Part shown: positions 27,397-37,560 of the stretch, piece after piece
Layout of the letters: each line of letters begins with the position of its first letter
Numbering within the stretch: the stretch's first letter is position 1
Assembly (NCBI GenBank): GCA_964505635.1
Contig: CAZDIP010000004.1
Coordinates: forward strand, 7,198 to 71,197
From: an uncultured Candidatus Saccharibacteria bacterium
Lineage (GTDB): Bacteria; Patescibacteriota; Doudnabacteria; UBA920
Reading direction: 5' to 3'
Length of the DNA stretch: 64,000 nt
Translations under genes and position numbers: made by a program
The notes under the pieces: model-generated
What the model saw: only the letters and a program-made list of their open reading frames with translations
Database searches by the model: none
What the model was told of the DNA's origin: nothing

Positions 27397-27968
27397 TGAT
27401 TCCAATAATTCTAGCATCCACTTCACCCAGGCGAAGTCAAATTTTAAAACTTTACGGCTTAAGTTTTAAGGCCGTTGACAGTGGTTATAGAGAGGTTTTG
27501 CATAAGCATCTAAAACCTAAAGATTTGGTGAAATTTTTGGCTTTGGGTAAGGCGCGGGCTTCGGCCAAAAAATACCGCAAGGCCATAATTATATCGGCTG
27601 ATACCGTAGTATCTTATAACGGGGTTGTTTTTGGTAAGCCAAAAAATAGGCAGGAAGCTTTTAAATTTTTAAAGTCTTTGAGCGGCAAGAAACACTACGT
27701 TTACACCGGCGTAGCGGTCTTAAATAGCCAAACCGGAGAAATTTTTCAAGCGGTGAGCAAGGAGGCGGTGTGGGCGCGCACTCTGACTGATCTGGCAATA
27801 AATTCGTATTTAAACTTAAATCAGTATAAAGGCAGGGCGGGCGCTTATAGTCCGCAAGGCCCAGGGTTGAATATTGTTAAGAAAATCAAAGGGGACATGA
27901 CAGGCATAATTGGTTTACCTGTGGGTTTGGTTATAAAGGGTATGAATAAGTTAAGAATAAAGTTTTAA
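27396..27968 (+). CDS. maf: Maf family nucleoside triphosphate pyrophosphatase
   Basis: ILASTSPRR, ADTVV, GKP, AGAY, GLP. Confidence 0.9.
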   Translation: MIPIILASTSPRRSQILKLYGLSFKAVDSGYREVLHKHLKPKDLVKFLALGKARASAKKYRKAIIISADTVVSYNGVVFGKPKNRQEAFKFLKSLSGKKHYVYTGVAVLNSQTGEIFQAVSKEAVWARTLTDLAINSYLNLNQYKGRAGAYSPQGPGLNIVKKIKGDMTGIIGLPVGLVIKGMNKLRIKF

Positions 27969-28069
27969 ATTCATCCGAATTTAACGGTGCTAAAAAGAGA
28001 CATGGTTAAGATTTGAGCCCGTGGAATTTTAGCGTAGACAAGATTTTGGTTTTTTGCTAAAATTTCCCT

Positions 28070-29341
28070 ATGTTTTTTACAAATTTGAAAGTGGCTTTCT
28101 TTCTCGCAGTCAGGCAAATTAAACGTGCCAGTTTGGGTACTACAAGCCTGATTGTTTTTATTATGACTTTGACTTTTCTGAACTTGGTGGTGGTTAACGG
28201 CATTTTAGTGGGTCTTTTAACCGGTTCTTATGAACAGTTTAGAAACCGTTATTCAGGTGAGATATTAATTACTGCCCAAGACAGGATTTCAAGCATTGAA
28301 AAAAGCCAGCAGATAATCGCATTGGCCAGGGCTTTGCCCGATGTGCAGGCTGTTTCGGCTCGTATTGTAACTTCCGGAAAAATTAGGGCGGATTTAGACC
28401 AAAATCCCAGTGGCAAAGAGTCGCCAAATGAAAATGGCAGCAGTATTGTCGGCATTAACCCGACTGACGAGGAGATGGTAACCGGTTTTTCCGATTTGAT
28501 TTTAATCGGCGAACCTTTAAGGCCGGGGGATGAGGGTTATATATTACTCGGCGCAAGTTTAATAAAGGAATATTCTAATTTTGCGGACGCTAATTTTCCC
28601 GGTTTTACAATTTTGCGGGGAGTTAAGGTGGGTGACAAAGTCAGGGTATCAATTAACAGCCAAAATCAACAACCAATTTCCAAAGAAGTAATAGTCAAAG
28701 GCATAGTTAAAAGTAAAGTCGATCAGGTTTCGCAGCGCACTTTTATGCTTGATTCAGAAGTAAGAAAATTAACTCAAAACACTGATTTAAATGTTCAGGA
28801 AATAGCCGTAAGGGCTAACGAAGCCGGTGTTGAAGAATCGGTTAGTGCTTTAAGGAATTCCGTTGACTTAGGCAAGGTCAGGGTGCAGACCTATATTGAA
28901 GCGATTCCTTCTTTTTTGCGCGATATAGAAAAAACTTTTGGTGTGTTGGGGAATGTGATTGGCGGTATTGCTTTGGTAGTGGCTTCTATTACTATCTTTA
29001 TAGTTATTTTTATAAACGCGGTCACCAGAAAAAAATATATTGGTATATTGAAAGGTATAGGCATTTCCGCAACCGCAATCGAAATGGCTTATGTCATACA
29101 GGCTTTATTTTACGGATTTTCGGGCAGCATTTTGGGCTTTGGCGTGGTTTTTTTATTTTTAAAGCCTTTTCTGGATAAAAATCCACTGGATTTTCCTTTT
29201 AGCGATGGGATTTTGGCAGCCAGTTTTAGCGGTTCTGTGGCCAGAGCCGGAGTGCTTTTGTTAATTACATTAATTGCCGGATACTTGCCAGCTAGAAGCA
29301 TTGTGAAAAAAAATACTTTGGATTCAATTTTAGGCCGATAA
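28070..29341 (+). CDS. ABC transporter permease (MacB/FtsX family)
   Basis: 1+3 TM topology with large extracytoplasmic domain; IGILKGIG, YLPAR. Confidence 0.85.
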   Translation: MFFTNLKVAFFLAVRQIKRASLGTTSLIVFIMTLTFLNLVVVNGILVGLLTGSYEQFRNRYSGEILITAQDRISSIEKSQQIIALARALPDVQAVSARIVTSGKIRADLDQNPSGKESPNENGSSIVGINPTDEEMVTGFSDLILIGEPLRPGDEGYILLGASLIKEYSNFADANFPGFTILRGVKVGDKVRVSINSQNQQPISKEVIVKGIVKSKVDQVSQRTFMLDSEVRKLTQNTDLNVQEIAVRANEAGVEESVSALRNSVDLGKVRVQTYIEAIPSFLRDIEKTFGVLGNVIGGIALVVASITIFIVIFINAVTRKKYIGILKGIGISATAIEMAYVIQALFYGFSGSILGFGVVFLFLKPFLDKNPLDFPFSDGILAASFSGSVARAGVLLLITLIAGYLPARSIVKKNTLDSILGR

Positions 29342-29366
29342 TTAGAGGTAAACTTAAAGAATTTAT

Positions 29367-30047
29367 ATGATAATCGCAAAAGATTTGGTTAAGACTTTTT
29401 ATAACGGAGATGTGCAAACCCAAGTTTTAAAGGGTATAAATTTGGAAATTAGTTCCGGTGAATTTGTGGCAATAATTGGACCTTCGGGTGCCGGTAAATC
29501 CACCTTGCTGTATCAGCTGTCTTTGCTTGATCATCCAACTTCCGGGGAAGTATTTATAGACGGACAGGAAGTGACTGCGCTGTTAAGCAGCCAACGTACG
29601 GAGTTTCGTTTGCAAAATTTGGGTTACGTATTTCAAGACTATGCCTTAATGCCGGAACTAACCGCTTTAGAGAATATTGCCTTGCCAATGTTAATGCAGG
29701 GCATGAATCATGCCGATGCCGGTTCTCAGGCTTTGGAAAATTTATCTAAAATTGGACTGGCTGGCAAAGAGCATAATTTGCCAAGCCAGCTTTCCGGCGG
29801 GCAGCAGCAAAGAGTAAGCATTGGCAGGGCGATTGCCCATAACCCAAAAATTTTATTTGCCGATGAACCAACAGCTAACCTTGACACTTTAACCTCCAGG
29901 GAAATTTTAAAAGTTTTTTTGGATTTGCATAAAACCGGCCAAACAATAGTTATGGTTACCCACGAAGCGGAGTTCGCCAACATGGCAGAAAGAATAATTG
30001 AGTTGAAAGATGGTATAATTGTCTCAGATACAAGTCTTAAGGTTTGA
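29367..30047 (+). CDS. ABC transporter ATP-binding protein (LolD/MacB-like)
   Basis: GPSGAGKST, LSGGQQQRV, ADEPTANLD. Confidence 0.93.
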   Translation: MIIAKDLVKTFYNGDVQTQVLKGINLEISSGEFVAIIGPSGAGKSTLLYQLSLLDHPTSGEVFIDGQEVTALLSSQRTEFRLQNLGYVFQDYALMPELTALENIALPMLMQGMNHADAGSQALENLSKIGLAGKEHNLPSQLSGGQQQRVSIGRAIAHNPKILFADEPTANLDTLTSREILKVFLDLHKTGQTIVMVTHEAEFANMAERIIELKDGIIVSDTSLKV

Positions 30048-30049
30048 TT

Positions 30050-30409
30050 ATGAAGAAAAAAACTGCCGCAATCATTGGGTTGGTTCTTTTTTTACTCGGT
30101 TTAATGGGATTTTTGCCAAATCCTTTTGTTGGTCCGGATAAATTTTTTCATGCCAATTTAACCCATGGCTTTGTTCATATGTTATTTGGGGTTTTATTTT
30201 TGTTTTTTGGTTCCAGATCTCAAAACGGACAGGACTTGCTCTTTAAATCTGCTTTTTATTTTTATCTTGCAGTTTCACTTTTTGGCTTTGTTGTGGGTCC
30301 CGGCAAATTGTTTAATTTGTTGGATATTAATTCGGCCGACAACTGGCTGCATTTGCTAATCGCTTTTTTTATCGGCTGGACTTTATGGGCTAAAAAAGAA
30401 GAAAAATAA
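30050..30409 (+). CDS. Small membrane protein (DUF4383-like)
   Basis: 4 TM; H..VH and N.ADNWLHL motifs. Confidence 0.7.
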   Translation: MKKKTAAIIGLVLFLLGLMGFLPNPFVGPDKFFHANLTHGFVHMLFGVLFLFFGSRSQNGQDLLFKSAFYFYLAVSLFGFVVGPGKLFNLLDINSADNWLHLLIAFFIGWTLWAKKEEK

Positions 30410-30418
30410 TTTTGAGCT

Positions 30419-31495
30419 ATGCATTTAAATAAAATTAAGCCTGAAAAAAATATAAAAAAAATCGCGTTTTTGACTCTTTGTACCATGCTGGTTTTGATTG
30501 CCGGGGTCTATTTAAAAAATGGAAAAAGACAGCGTGATAATTTGCAAAATAATTATTTCAAACAGGAGGCGGAAGAAAAGGTTAAGTTTTATGCTTTGAG
30601 CGGGGAAGAAGCAGAAAAGCAGGTTGCCAGTTTGCGGCCAGTGGCGATTATGGTGGAAAACCATCCAGATAGCCGGCCGCAATCCGGACTCTCTTACGCA
30701 GATATAGTTTACGAAGCATTGGCTGAAGGCGGTATTACCAGATTTTTGGCCTTTTTTCAGACTTTGCCAAAGGACAGTAAAATTTTAATCGGCCCTGTTC
30801 GCAGTGCCAGGGAGTATTTTGCCCAAATAGCAGAAGAGTACGGGGCGATTTTTGCCCACGTTGGCGGCAGCAACGAGGTAATCGCGCAAATTAAAAAAGG
30901 CCAATACCCAAATTTGGCTGATATTAATGAATATTACAATGGCGAATATTTTATCCGCAGGTCTGAAAGTTTCGCCCCGCACCATATTTTTACAAACAGA
31001 TATTTGCTTAGTTTAGCCTCAGAAACTAAAGGTTTTAAGCAAGAATTGATATCCGATAATTTTTGGAAATTTATAGATCAGGGAGAAAAAGCCAGTACAA
31101 CGGTTTCTGAAATTAATTTGGACTTTTCCAGACCGGGTTATGAAGTTAAGTGGCAATATGAGCAGTCCGAAAATGTTTATAAGCGCGTGCAGTATAAAAG
31201 CGCTCACGTTGATGCTTTAAATAGCCAACAACTTAAGGCAAAGAGCGTGGTAGTCCAGGTGGTGTCGGTTACGCCTGTGCCTAACGATAAGCTGTTGTCT
31301 GTAGATATAGACCTTGCTTATGGTGGGCGGGCAGTAATTTTTTCCGGCGGACGGGTTATAGAAGGCATTTGGAAAAAAAACAATGGACGAACCAAGTATT
31401 TTGACCAACAGGGCAACGAAATAAGTTTAAGCAGGGGTAAAATTTGGGTTGAGCTTTTGCCAAAAGACAAACAAGGCGGGTTTGTTTGGAAATAA
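30419..31495 (+). CDS. DUF3048-like exported protein
   Basis: RPVAIMVEN..RPQSGL..AD.VYE..AEGGITR, GPVRSAR. Confidence 0.85.
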   Translation: MHLNKIKPEKNIKKIAFLTLCTMLVLIAGVYLKNGKRQRDNLQNNYFKQEAEEKVKFYALSGEEAEKQVASLRPVAIMVENHPDSRPQSGLSYADIVYEALAEGGITRFLAFFQTLPKDSKILIGPVRSAREYFAQIAEEYGAIFAHVGGSNEVIAQIKKGQYPNLADINEYYNGEYFIRRSESFAPHHIFTNRYLLSLASETKGFKQELISDNFWKFIDQGEKASTTVSEINLDFSRPGYEVKWQYEQSENVYKRVQYKSAHVDALNSQQLKAKSVVVQVVSVTPVPNDKLLSVDIDLAYGGRAVIFSGGRVIEGIWKKNNGRTKYFDQQGNEISLSRGKIWVELLPKDKQGGFVWK

Positions 31496-31567
31496 AAAGC
31501 GCTTCAGCCGCGCTATTAAAAAATAAAAACCCCCTTATTATAGAGGGTTTTAAAATCGGATTTGAAA

Positions 31568-31741
31568 CTACTTAGTTTTAGCCTTGGTTTTAATGCAACG
31601 GGTGCAAGCTTTCACGCGTTTATGGTTATGCATGACATATTGCAAATTGGGCAGTAAACGGACAATGGAAGCTCGCATGGAGTGGGAGCGTTTTATGGTA
31701 CGGCTGTAGGTTTTGCCGCAAATAGCACACATTCGGGGCAT
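31568..31741 (-). CDS. rpmB: 50S ribosomal protein bL28 (not in ORF track)
   Basis: Manual translation MPRMCAICGKTYSRTIKRSHSMRASIVRLLPNLQ...KACTRCIKT. Confidence 0.92.
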   Translation of the reverse strand: MPRMCAICGKTYSRTIKRSHSMRASIVRLLPNLQYVMHNHKRVKACTRCIKTKAKTK

Positions 31742-31854
31742 AAAATATAATATAAAGTTTTAAGTATAATGTATATAGGAATAAATAACTTTCACAGTTT
31801 ATCATAGTTTGTTAAAATAAGCAAGGAACCGGTAAAATAATTATATAAAGATAT

Positions 31855-33393
31855 ATGGGAGACTACTTGGGAAATTCAGGTCACGAGCCCTTTAGTTCTG
31901 AAATAGAAAAAACATTGGAAGAAAAGGTGAAAGCTTATATTAGCACCTTGTATGTTGAGCTGCCGCAAAATACTAAGGAAACAGCTTCAGGAAAACATCT
32001 TTTAGAGATAAGTGAAGCGCAGATAGGAAACATTAAACCGCCGCTTGAGTCTGAAGGCGAGATTGATATTTTGCCCGGGAAAGTTATTGCTTTAACCGGT
32101 TCAAACGGAGCCGGTAAAAGTACATTTTTTAAAAGCTTGTTAGAAAATAACAGTTTGCCGGAAGGCTTAAAACATAAGCCTGGACTTAAAATTGGCTATT
32201 TGCCCCAGGAAGGAGATTTTAGCCTGGCAGAAGATTTGAGCTTAGAAGAATTTTTAAACGAAATGTCAGCTCAAATTAGAGAAGCTAATGACTGGGATTT
32301 TGATGACGGCTTCTTTAATACAGGCTCAAGCGTACTGTTTAAGGATGCTTTGGAAACCAAACTTCGGGACTTAAGCGGTGGTGAAAAAACCAAGCTTCAA
32401 ATGTTTATACTGCTTTTGAGAAAAGCCGAACTTGTGTTTTTAGACGAACCCACCAACCATATAGACCAGGAAGGCCAGGCCTTATTAACCCAAATGATTC
32501 AAAAACTTACAAGTGGTGAAACCACCGGATACGAAACTACTTTTGTTATAAGCAGCCATAACCAGCAATTTTTGCAAGAAAATTGTAAAGACGGGGCATT
32601 AAATATTACAGTTTCGGATGGAGGGAGAAAAATTAAACAAGACAAAGCATATAAACCGGAAAATTTAAAAAATCCAAAATATAATATACCCTGGTTAAGC
32701 GACAGCTCTTTTACCGGCACAGTCTATAAAGGGGGCAATGAGAAAATTAATAGCAGCGAAGTATATTTTGGTTCCATTGAGCATAATTCAAAAATTATTA
32801 TGGCTGGCGAAAATGGTTCCGGAAAAACCACTTTTTTAAAACTTTTGGCTAATTTAGATAGCAAAAAAATTGACAGCGCTTGTAAGCCTGCTTATTTGCC
32901 CCAGGAATGGCCAAAAGAAGTATTGGAAGGGGATTTGGCGAACTTTTTACAGTATTTGGGAGTTGATGAATATAATTTTACCCAAGGTTTAGAAGAGAGC
33001 GGTTTTTTTGAAAAACGGGCTAAAGGAACGAAGTGGCTTTTGGAAAAATTTTCCAGTTTTAGCCTGGGCGAACAAAGGTTTTTATGGTTTTTAGCCGTAT
33101 GCAAGGGAAAAAACAGTAGCTTTTTATTGCTGGATGAGCCAACTAACCATCTGGATGCCCAGCTAAAAGCAGAACTTATAAAGGCAATTTTAGATTTTCC
33201 CGGCGCGGTTTTAGCAGTAACTCATGACAAAGAGTTAATGGATGCTATTTTACAAAAAATTCCTTTGAACAAACGCGAGTTTTGGCTTATGCAAAAAGGT
33301 AAGGGTGTTAGTGATTCCGCGTTTGGAATAGATGAGTATTTTGGGGCTATGGCGAGGAAAGCGCAACAAAGCATTAACCAATTAAATAAATAA
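31855..33393 (+). CDS. Divergent ABC-F-like ATPase (two NBDs, no TM)
   Basis: GSNGAGKST/LSGGE/LDEPTNHID and GENGSGKTT/FSLGE/LDEPTNHLD. Confidence 0.8.
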   Translation: MGDYLGNSGHEPFSSEIEKTLEEKVKAYISTLYVELPQNTKETASGKHLLEISEAQIGNIKPPLESEGEIDILPGKVIALTGSNGAGKSTFFKSLLENNSLPEGLKHKPGLKIGYLPQEGDFSLAEDLSLEEFLNEMSAQIREANDWDFDDGFFNTGSSVLFKDALETKLRDLSGGEKTKLQMFILLLRKAELVFLDEPTNHIDQEGQALLTQMIQKLTSGETTGYETTFVISSHNQQFLQENCKDGALNITVSDGGRKIKQDKAYKPENLKNPKYNIPWLSDSSFTGTVYKGGNEKINSSEVYFGSIEHNSKIIMAGENGSGKTTFLKLLANLDSKKIDSACKPAYLPQEWPKEVLEGDLANFLQYLGVDEYNFTQGLEESGFFEKRAKGTKWLLEKFSSFSLGEQRFLWFLAVCKGKNSSFLLLDEPTNHLDAQLKAELIKAILDFPGAVLAVTHDKELMDAILQKIPLNKREFWLMQKGKGVSDSAFGIDEYFGAMARKAQQSINQLNK

Positions 33394-33394
33394 A

Positions 33395-34003
33395 ATGGAA
33401 ATTATTATTACATTGGCAATTTTAATTTTTTCAGCCATTGTTCACGAAGTGAGTCACGGGCTTATGGCGGAAAAATTGGGCGACAGCACAGCCAGGGACG
33501 AAGGCAGGATTACCTTAAACCCTATTCCGCACATAGACCCCTTTGGCTCGGTTTTATTACCCTTTTTGCTTTTGGCTGTAGGCAGTCCTATAATTTTTGG
33601 CGCTGCCAGGCCGGTGCCTGTTAATTTTGAGAATTTAAAGCCAAAAAAATTGGGCATGGCTTTGGTTTCTTTAGCCGGACCTTTTAGTAACTTTTTTTTG
33701 GCGGTTTTGTGCGCTTTGCCCATTAAGTTTGGCTTGGCCAACCCGGTTTCCGGGCCGATACTGCTTAAGGCCGTATTAATTAACCTGGTTTTGGGGGTGT
33801 TTAATTTAATTCCCATCCCGCCTTTGGACGGCAGTAAAATTTTAGCTTCTTTTTTGCCCGAGTCCATAATGGAGAAAATTTTAGAGCTTGAACGCTGGGG
33901 CTTTATCCTGGTTATAATTTTTTTGTACCTGGGAATTTTGGATGCCATACTAATCCCTATTTTGGTTTTGTTTTCAAAGATTTTTAATTTACCTATCATA
34001 TAG
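33395..34003 (+). CDS. Site-2 protease family (M50) protein
   Basis: HEVSH, AGPFSN, FNLIPIPPLDG. Confidence 0.92.
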   Translation: MEIIITLAILIFSAIVHEVSHGLMAEKLGDSTARDEGRITLNPIPHIDPFGSVLLPFLLLAVGSPIIFGAARPVPVNFENLKPKKLGMALVSLAGPFSNFFLAVLCALPIKFGLANPVSGPILLKAVLINLVLGVFNLIPIPPLDGSKILASFLPESIMEKILELERWGFILVIIFLYLGILDAILIPILVLFSKIFNLPII

Positions 34004-34078
34004 TTTTTTAAAAATTTGGAGTTTCGGCATAAATTTGCTATTATTTAGGCATATATTTTAGCACCTTTCAGAAACAAA

Positions 34079-34744
34079 ATGCTGGTTAAAGACATAATGT
34101 CCCAGGAGGTAATAAACGTAAAAACCGACACTTTGCTGGAGCGGGTAGCCCAAATACTTCATGAAAAGCATTTAAAAGGCGTGCCGGTTTTAAATCAGTA
34201 CGGAATTATAGAGGGTTTAATTACCGAAAGCGAACTTTTTTCCAGCGACCAAAAAATTTATTTACCTATGTACGGCCAGCTGATTAAGCGCACGGAATTT
34301 GTGGCCAACTCTAAAGCCGAGGGCTTGCCGTACGAAGCTGACCGGATTACCAAAATTACGGCAAAAGAAATAATGAACACGAAAGTTTATTTTGCCAGAG
34401 CTGATATGGAAGTTTCCGAACTGGCAACTAAAATTGCCAATTTAAAACAAGACCCGATTCCCGTAACCGACAATGGCAACAGACTGCTTGGCATAGTTTC
34501 CAGAGGCGACATAATTAGGGCTTTAACCGGTACAAAAAAAGCAAGTCCAATTGCCGGCAAGCAGGCGAAGTTTGTTGAAAAAGAAGTAGAATTTGTCGCA
34601 GAAGATATTAGTTCCAGATTCGCATTTATTAGTAAGAGCCGGGCCAGATTTTGGCTGTTAGCCATAACTATAATTTTTGCTTTAGGTTTTTTGGCCGGTA
34701 TATTATACGTAATAAACCCTCTGATTTTGACCAAAAAATTTTAA
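34079..34744 (+). CDS. CBS-domain protein with C-terminal TM helix
   Basis: Two CBS repeats (VKDIMS..GVPV..GLITESE; IM..PV...LLGIVSRGD). Confidence 0.85.
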   Translation: MLVKDIMSQEVINVKTDTLLERVAQILHEKHLKGVPVLNQYGIIEGLITESELFSSDQKIYLPMYGQLIKRTEFVANSKAEGLPYEADRITKITAKEIMNTKVYFARADMEVSELATKIANLKQDPIPVTDNGNRLLGIVSRGDIIRALTGTKKASPIAGKQAKFVEKEVEFVAEDISSRFAFISKSRARFWLLAITIIFALGFLAGILYVINPLILTKKF

Positions 34745-34815
34745 AACCAAATTTTAAAATTAAAAATTAATGCGCAAAAAAATATCCGTCTTTGGCCGAA
34801 AAAAAAATTAAACAT

Positions 34816-36687
34816 ATGGGATTACACGACAAGTTTATGCAAAAAGATGGGCCTTATGCCAAATGGCACAGGCACCCGATGCACAAAATTGGCCAGTGGG
34901 CTTTACTGCTTTTAGTGGTTGGTAGCGTGGGGTATTTATTGGTAAACAGGACCAATGACCCTTATGCTGAAAATTATGGCCTGAATTCAAAGGCCTCCAA
35001 CCAAGGGCAGGATGGCCCGCCTAATTTATTTAAAGGAGAGACATTTTTTAAGGAAAGCGGTAAATACGGCCTAGAAGCTGAAGAAGACGATGTAAATACG
35101 GATTTAATTGAAAGAGGTACGGATAAAATGAAAATTAAGCTACCCGGGGAACGAAATATTGTGGTCAGCAAAAAGAAGTTTGAAAAACGCGGTATGGGTG
35201 ACGCTGTATGGCATGGTGAGGTAGAGGGAAGGAGCGATTCCAGCGTTTCTATTACTTTAAAAAATGGTTTTGTGGCGGGAGCAATAAATATTGGCGGGGA
35301 ATTATATGAAATAAGGCCGGGACAGGGCACAAAGCATACTGTTGAAAAAATGGATTCAACTGCTTTTCCGCCTGAGTCCGATGTTCATTTAGCCACAGCT
35401 GATGATACTTTGAGCCAGGACGCGCTTACAGGTTCTGGCGCTGTGTTAAATGAAGGGGTTGTGCAAATTGACTTGCTTTCTGTTTATACACCGCAGGCCA
35501 GGACTGCGGCAGGCGGGGTCGCACAGATTGACTCACTAATCCAGGCTGCGGTAGACAGGGCTAATCTTTCTTTTACCAACAGCCAGGTTAACGCGCATTA
35601 TAATTTAGTTGCTACGGCCGAAGTTGCTTATAATGATTCTGGAACAACCTCAACTGATTTATATTGGCTTCGTTCTGATGCCAATGTGGCTAGCCTTAGA
35701 AACCAATACGGCGCTGATATGGTTTCCATGATGGTGTCAAATGGCGGCAGCGCTTGTGGAACTGGGTTTTTGTATACGGCTTCCGCATCTTCCGCTTTCC
35801 AGGTTACTGACATGGATTGTGCGGTTGGTAATTTAACCTTTGCACACGAACACGGGCATAATCTTGGTATGGGGCATGATCCTTCAACTACAAACCAAGG
35901 TATTTATTCATACTCCTGGGGACATGGAGTTAACGGTGTTTTTCGAACGGTAATGGCATACGCTTCTGCTTGCTCTTCAGGCTGTACCCGTTTGCCCTAT
36001 TTTTCTAATCCAAATGTAATGTATTCGGGGTATGCTACAGGTATTGCTGACCAAAGGGATCATGCCAGAACCGCAAACCAGACTGTTGCAACGGTTGCCG
36101 GTTTTAGAAGCGCTCCGGGCAGTACAAATATACCAGCTTCGCCAAGTTCTCTTTCTGCTTCTGCAGTCTCAACATCCCAAATTAAATTAACCTGGACTGA
36201 TAATGCTGTTGACGAGCTGGGTTTTAAAGTCCAGCGCTCGTTAGACGGCGCTAATTTTACCCAAATCGCAGATATTGGCACGAACGTAACAAGTTATACT
36301 AATTCGGGACTTGCCGCCAATACAACTTATTACTACAGAATTCTTGCTTATAATAGCGCCGGAGACTCAGGTTCAAGTAATATAGCTAATGCCACGACTT
36401 TTATTGCAGACATTCAAGCTCCTTCAGTCAGCATAACCAGCCCAGTTGACGGCGCTAAAATTAGCGGCAGCAGAGTGGAAATAGCTGCCACAGCCAGCGA
36501 CAACGTGGGAGTTACCAGCGTGCAATTTTATATAGACGGTAAAGCCAGCGGGTCCGACACCTCGGCTTCTTATACTTACCGCTGGAATGTAAATAGAAAA
36601 GTTGCTAACGGCAGTCATACCATAATGGCCAGAGCCTATGATGCGGCGGGTAATAGTTCAACCTCCAGCATTACGGTTACAAAGTAA
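34816..36687 (+). CDS. Exported zinc metalloprotease (reprolysin/peptidyl-Asp-like) with FN3 and Ig-like domains
   Basis: N-terminal TM, HEHGHNLGMGH, Met-turn TVMAY, FN3 (LTWTDN..YYYRILAYN), Ig-like (ASDNVGV.SVQFY). Confidence 0.85.
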   Translation: MGLHDKFMQKDGPYAKWHRHPMHKIGQWALLLLVVGSVGYLLVNRTNDPYAENYGLNSKASNQGQDGPPNLFKGETFFKESGKYGLEAEEDDVNTDLIERGTDKMKIKLPGERNIVVSKKKFEKRGMGDAVWHGEVEGRSDSSVSITLKNGFVAGAINIGGELYEIRPGQGTKHTVEKMDSTAFPPESDVHLATADDTLSQDALTGSGAVLNEGVVQIDLLSVYTPQARTAAGGVAQIDSLIQAAVDRANLSFTNSQVNAHYNLVATAEVAYNDSGTTSTDLYWLRSDANVASLRNQYGADMVSMMVSNGGSACGTGFLYTASASSAFQVTDMDCAVGNLTFAHEHGHNLGMGHDPSTTNQGIYSYSWGHGVNGVFRTVMAYASACSSGCTRLPYFSNPNVMYSGYATGIADQRDHARTANQTVATVAGFRSAPGSTNIPASPSSLSASAVSTSQIKLTWTDNAVDELGFKVQRSLDGANFTQIADIGTNVTSYTNSGLAANTTYYYRILAYNSAGDSGSSNIANATTFIADIQAPSVSITSPVDGAKISGSRVEIAATASDNVGVTSVQFYIDGKASGSDTSASYTYRWNVNRKVANGSHTIMARAYDAAGNSSTSSITVTK

Positions 36688-36701
36688 GTTAAGATAAACT
36701 T

Positions 36702-36738
36702 AAGAGACTCTTCTGCCAGGGGCAGAAGAGTCTCTTTT
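36702..36738 (+). terminator. Intrinsic terminator
   Basis: aagagactcttctgcc-agg-ggcagaagagtctctttt. Confidence 0.85.
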
Positions 36739-36744
36739 GCTAGT

Positions 36745-36773
36745 TTGACATTTTAGCTCTAGTTGGGTAAAAT
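36745..36773 (+). promoter_or_regulatory. str operon promoter
   Basis: TTGACA-17 nt-TAAAAT. Confidence 0.75.
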
Positions 36774-36946
36774 AAGAATAATTGAATAAGAAACCCCCCG
36801 CCCAGGCGGGGAATTACTCAATTTGTCGATGTGTTTGAGAAGTTAATCCTAAAGGTTTCAGGATAGTATCGAACGCACGAAGTAGCAAAAATCCAAAGTT
36901 TTGCGCGTGGATTTTTTTGTTGCTTGGAATAATAATTTAAGTAGTC

Positions 36947-37025
36947 ACCATTCCGAACGTAAGTGAGGAATTCCTTATATTATGAAGGGATCCTTCTCCG
37001 CCAGCCGGCGGATCTGGATGGCGGC
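36947..37025. repeat. Palindromic MITE/REP-like element in the rpsL leader
   Basis: cattccgaacgtaagtgaggaattcc..gggatcc..ccgccagccggcgg..ggatgg. Confidence 0.65.
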
Positions 37026-37043
37026 AGAAGGAATTAAGAAATA

Positions 37044-37457
37044 ATGCCTACTATAAATCAGCTCGTACGAAAAGGCCGCAGGCCTTTAAAGGCCAAGAGC
37101 AAATCTCCGGCGCTTCAGCGCAGGATAAACTTGATTAAAAATCGGGTAATTCCTTTAAAAACCGGTTCGCCTTTTATGCGCGGGGTTTGTTTAAAGGTTT
37201 ATACCACCACGCCAAAAAAGCCGAACTCAGCTTTGCGCAAAGTGGCTAAGGTCAAATTGACTAATGGGATGGAAGTTATTGCTTACATTCCAGGCATTGG
37301 CCATAATTTGCAGGAACACTCGGTGGTTATGATCCGCGGCGGCAGGGTAAAAGACTTGCCTGGCGTGCGCTATCATATTGTTAGAGGAAAACTGGACACA
37401 CTAGGCGTTGACGGTCGAAAACGCGGCAGAAGTAAATATGGAGCGAAAAATAAGTAA
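37044..37457 (+). CDS. rpsL: 30S ribosomal protein uS12
   Basis: [29 protein letters not shown]. Confidence 0.98.
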   Translation: MPTINQLVRKGRRPLKAKSKSPALQRRINLIKNRVIPLKTGSPFMRGVCLKVYTTTPKKPNSALRKVAKVKLTNGMEVIAYIPGIGHNLQEHSVVMIRGGRVKDLPGVRYHIVRGKLDTLGVDGRKRGRSKYGAKNK

Positions 37458-37560
37458 AAGGAATGACAAGAATGACATGATTGACCAAGAATGACAAGAA
37501 TGTAAACAATTGAAATCTTGCTCAATCATTTAAATCTTTTAAATCCTGTCAATTAATTCT

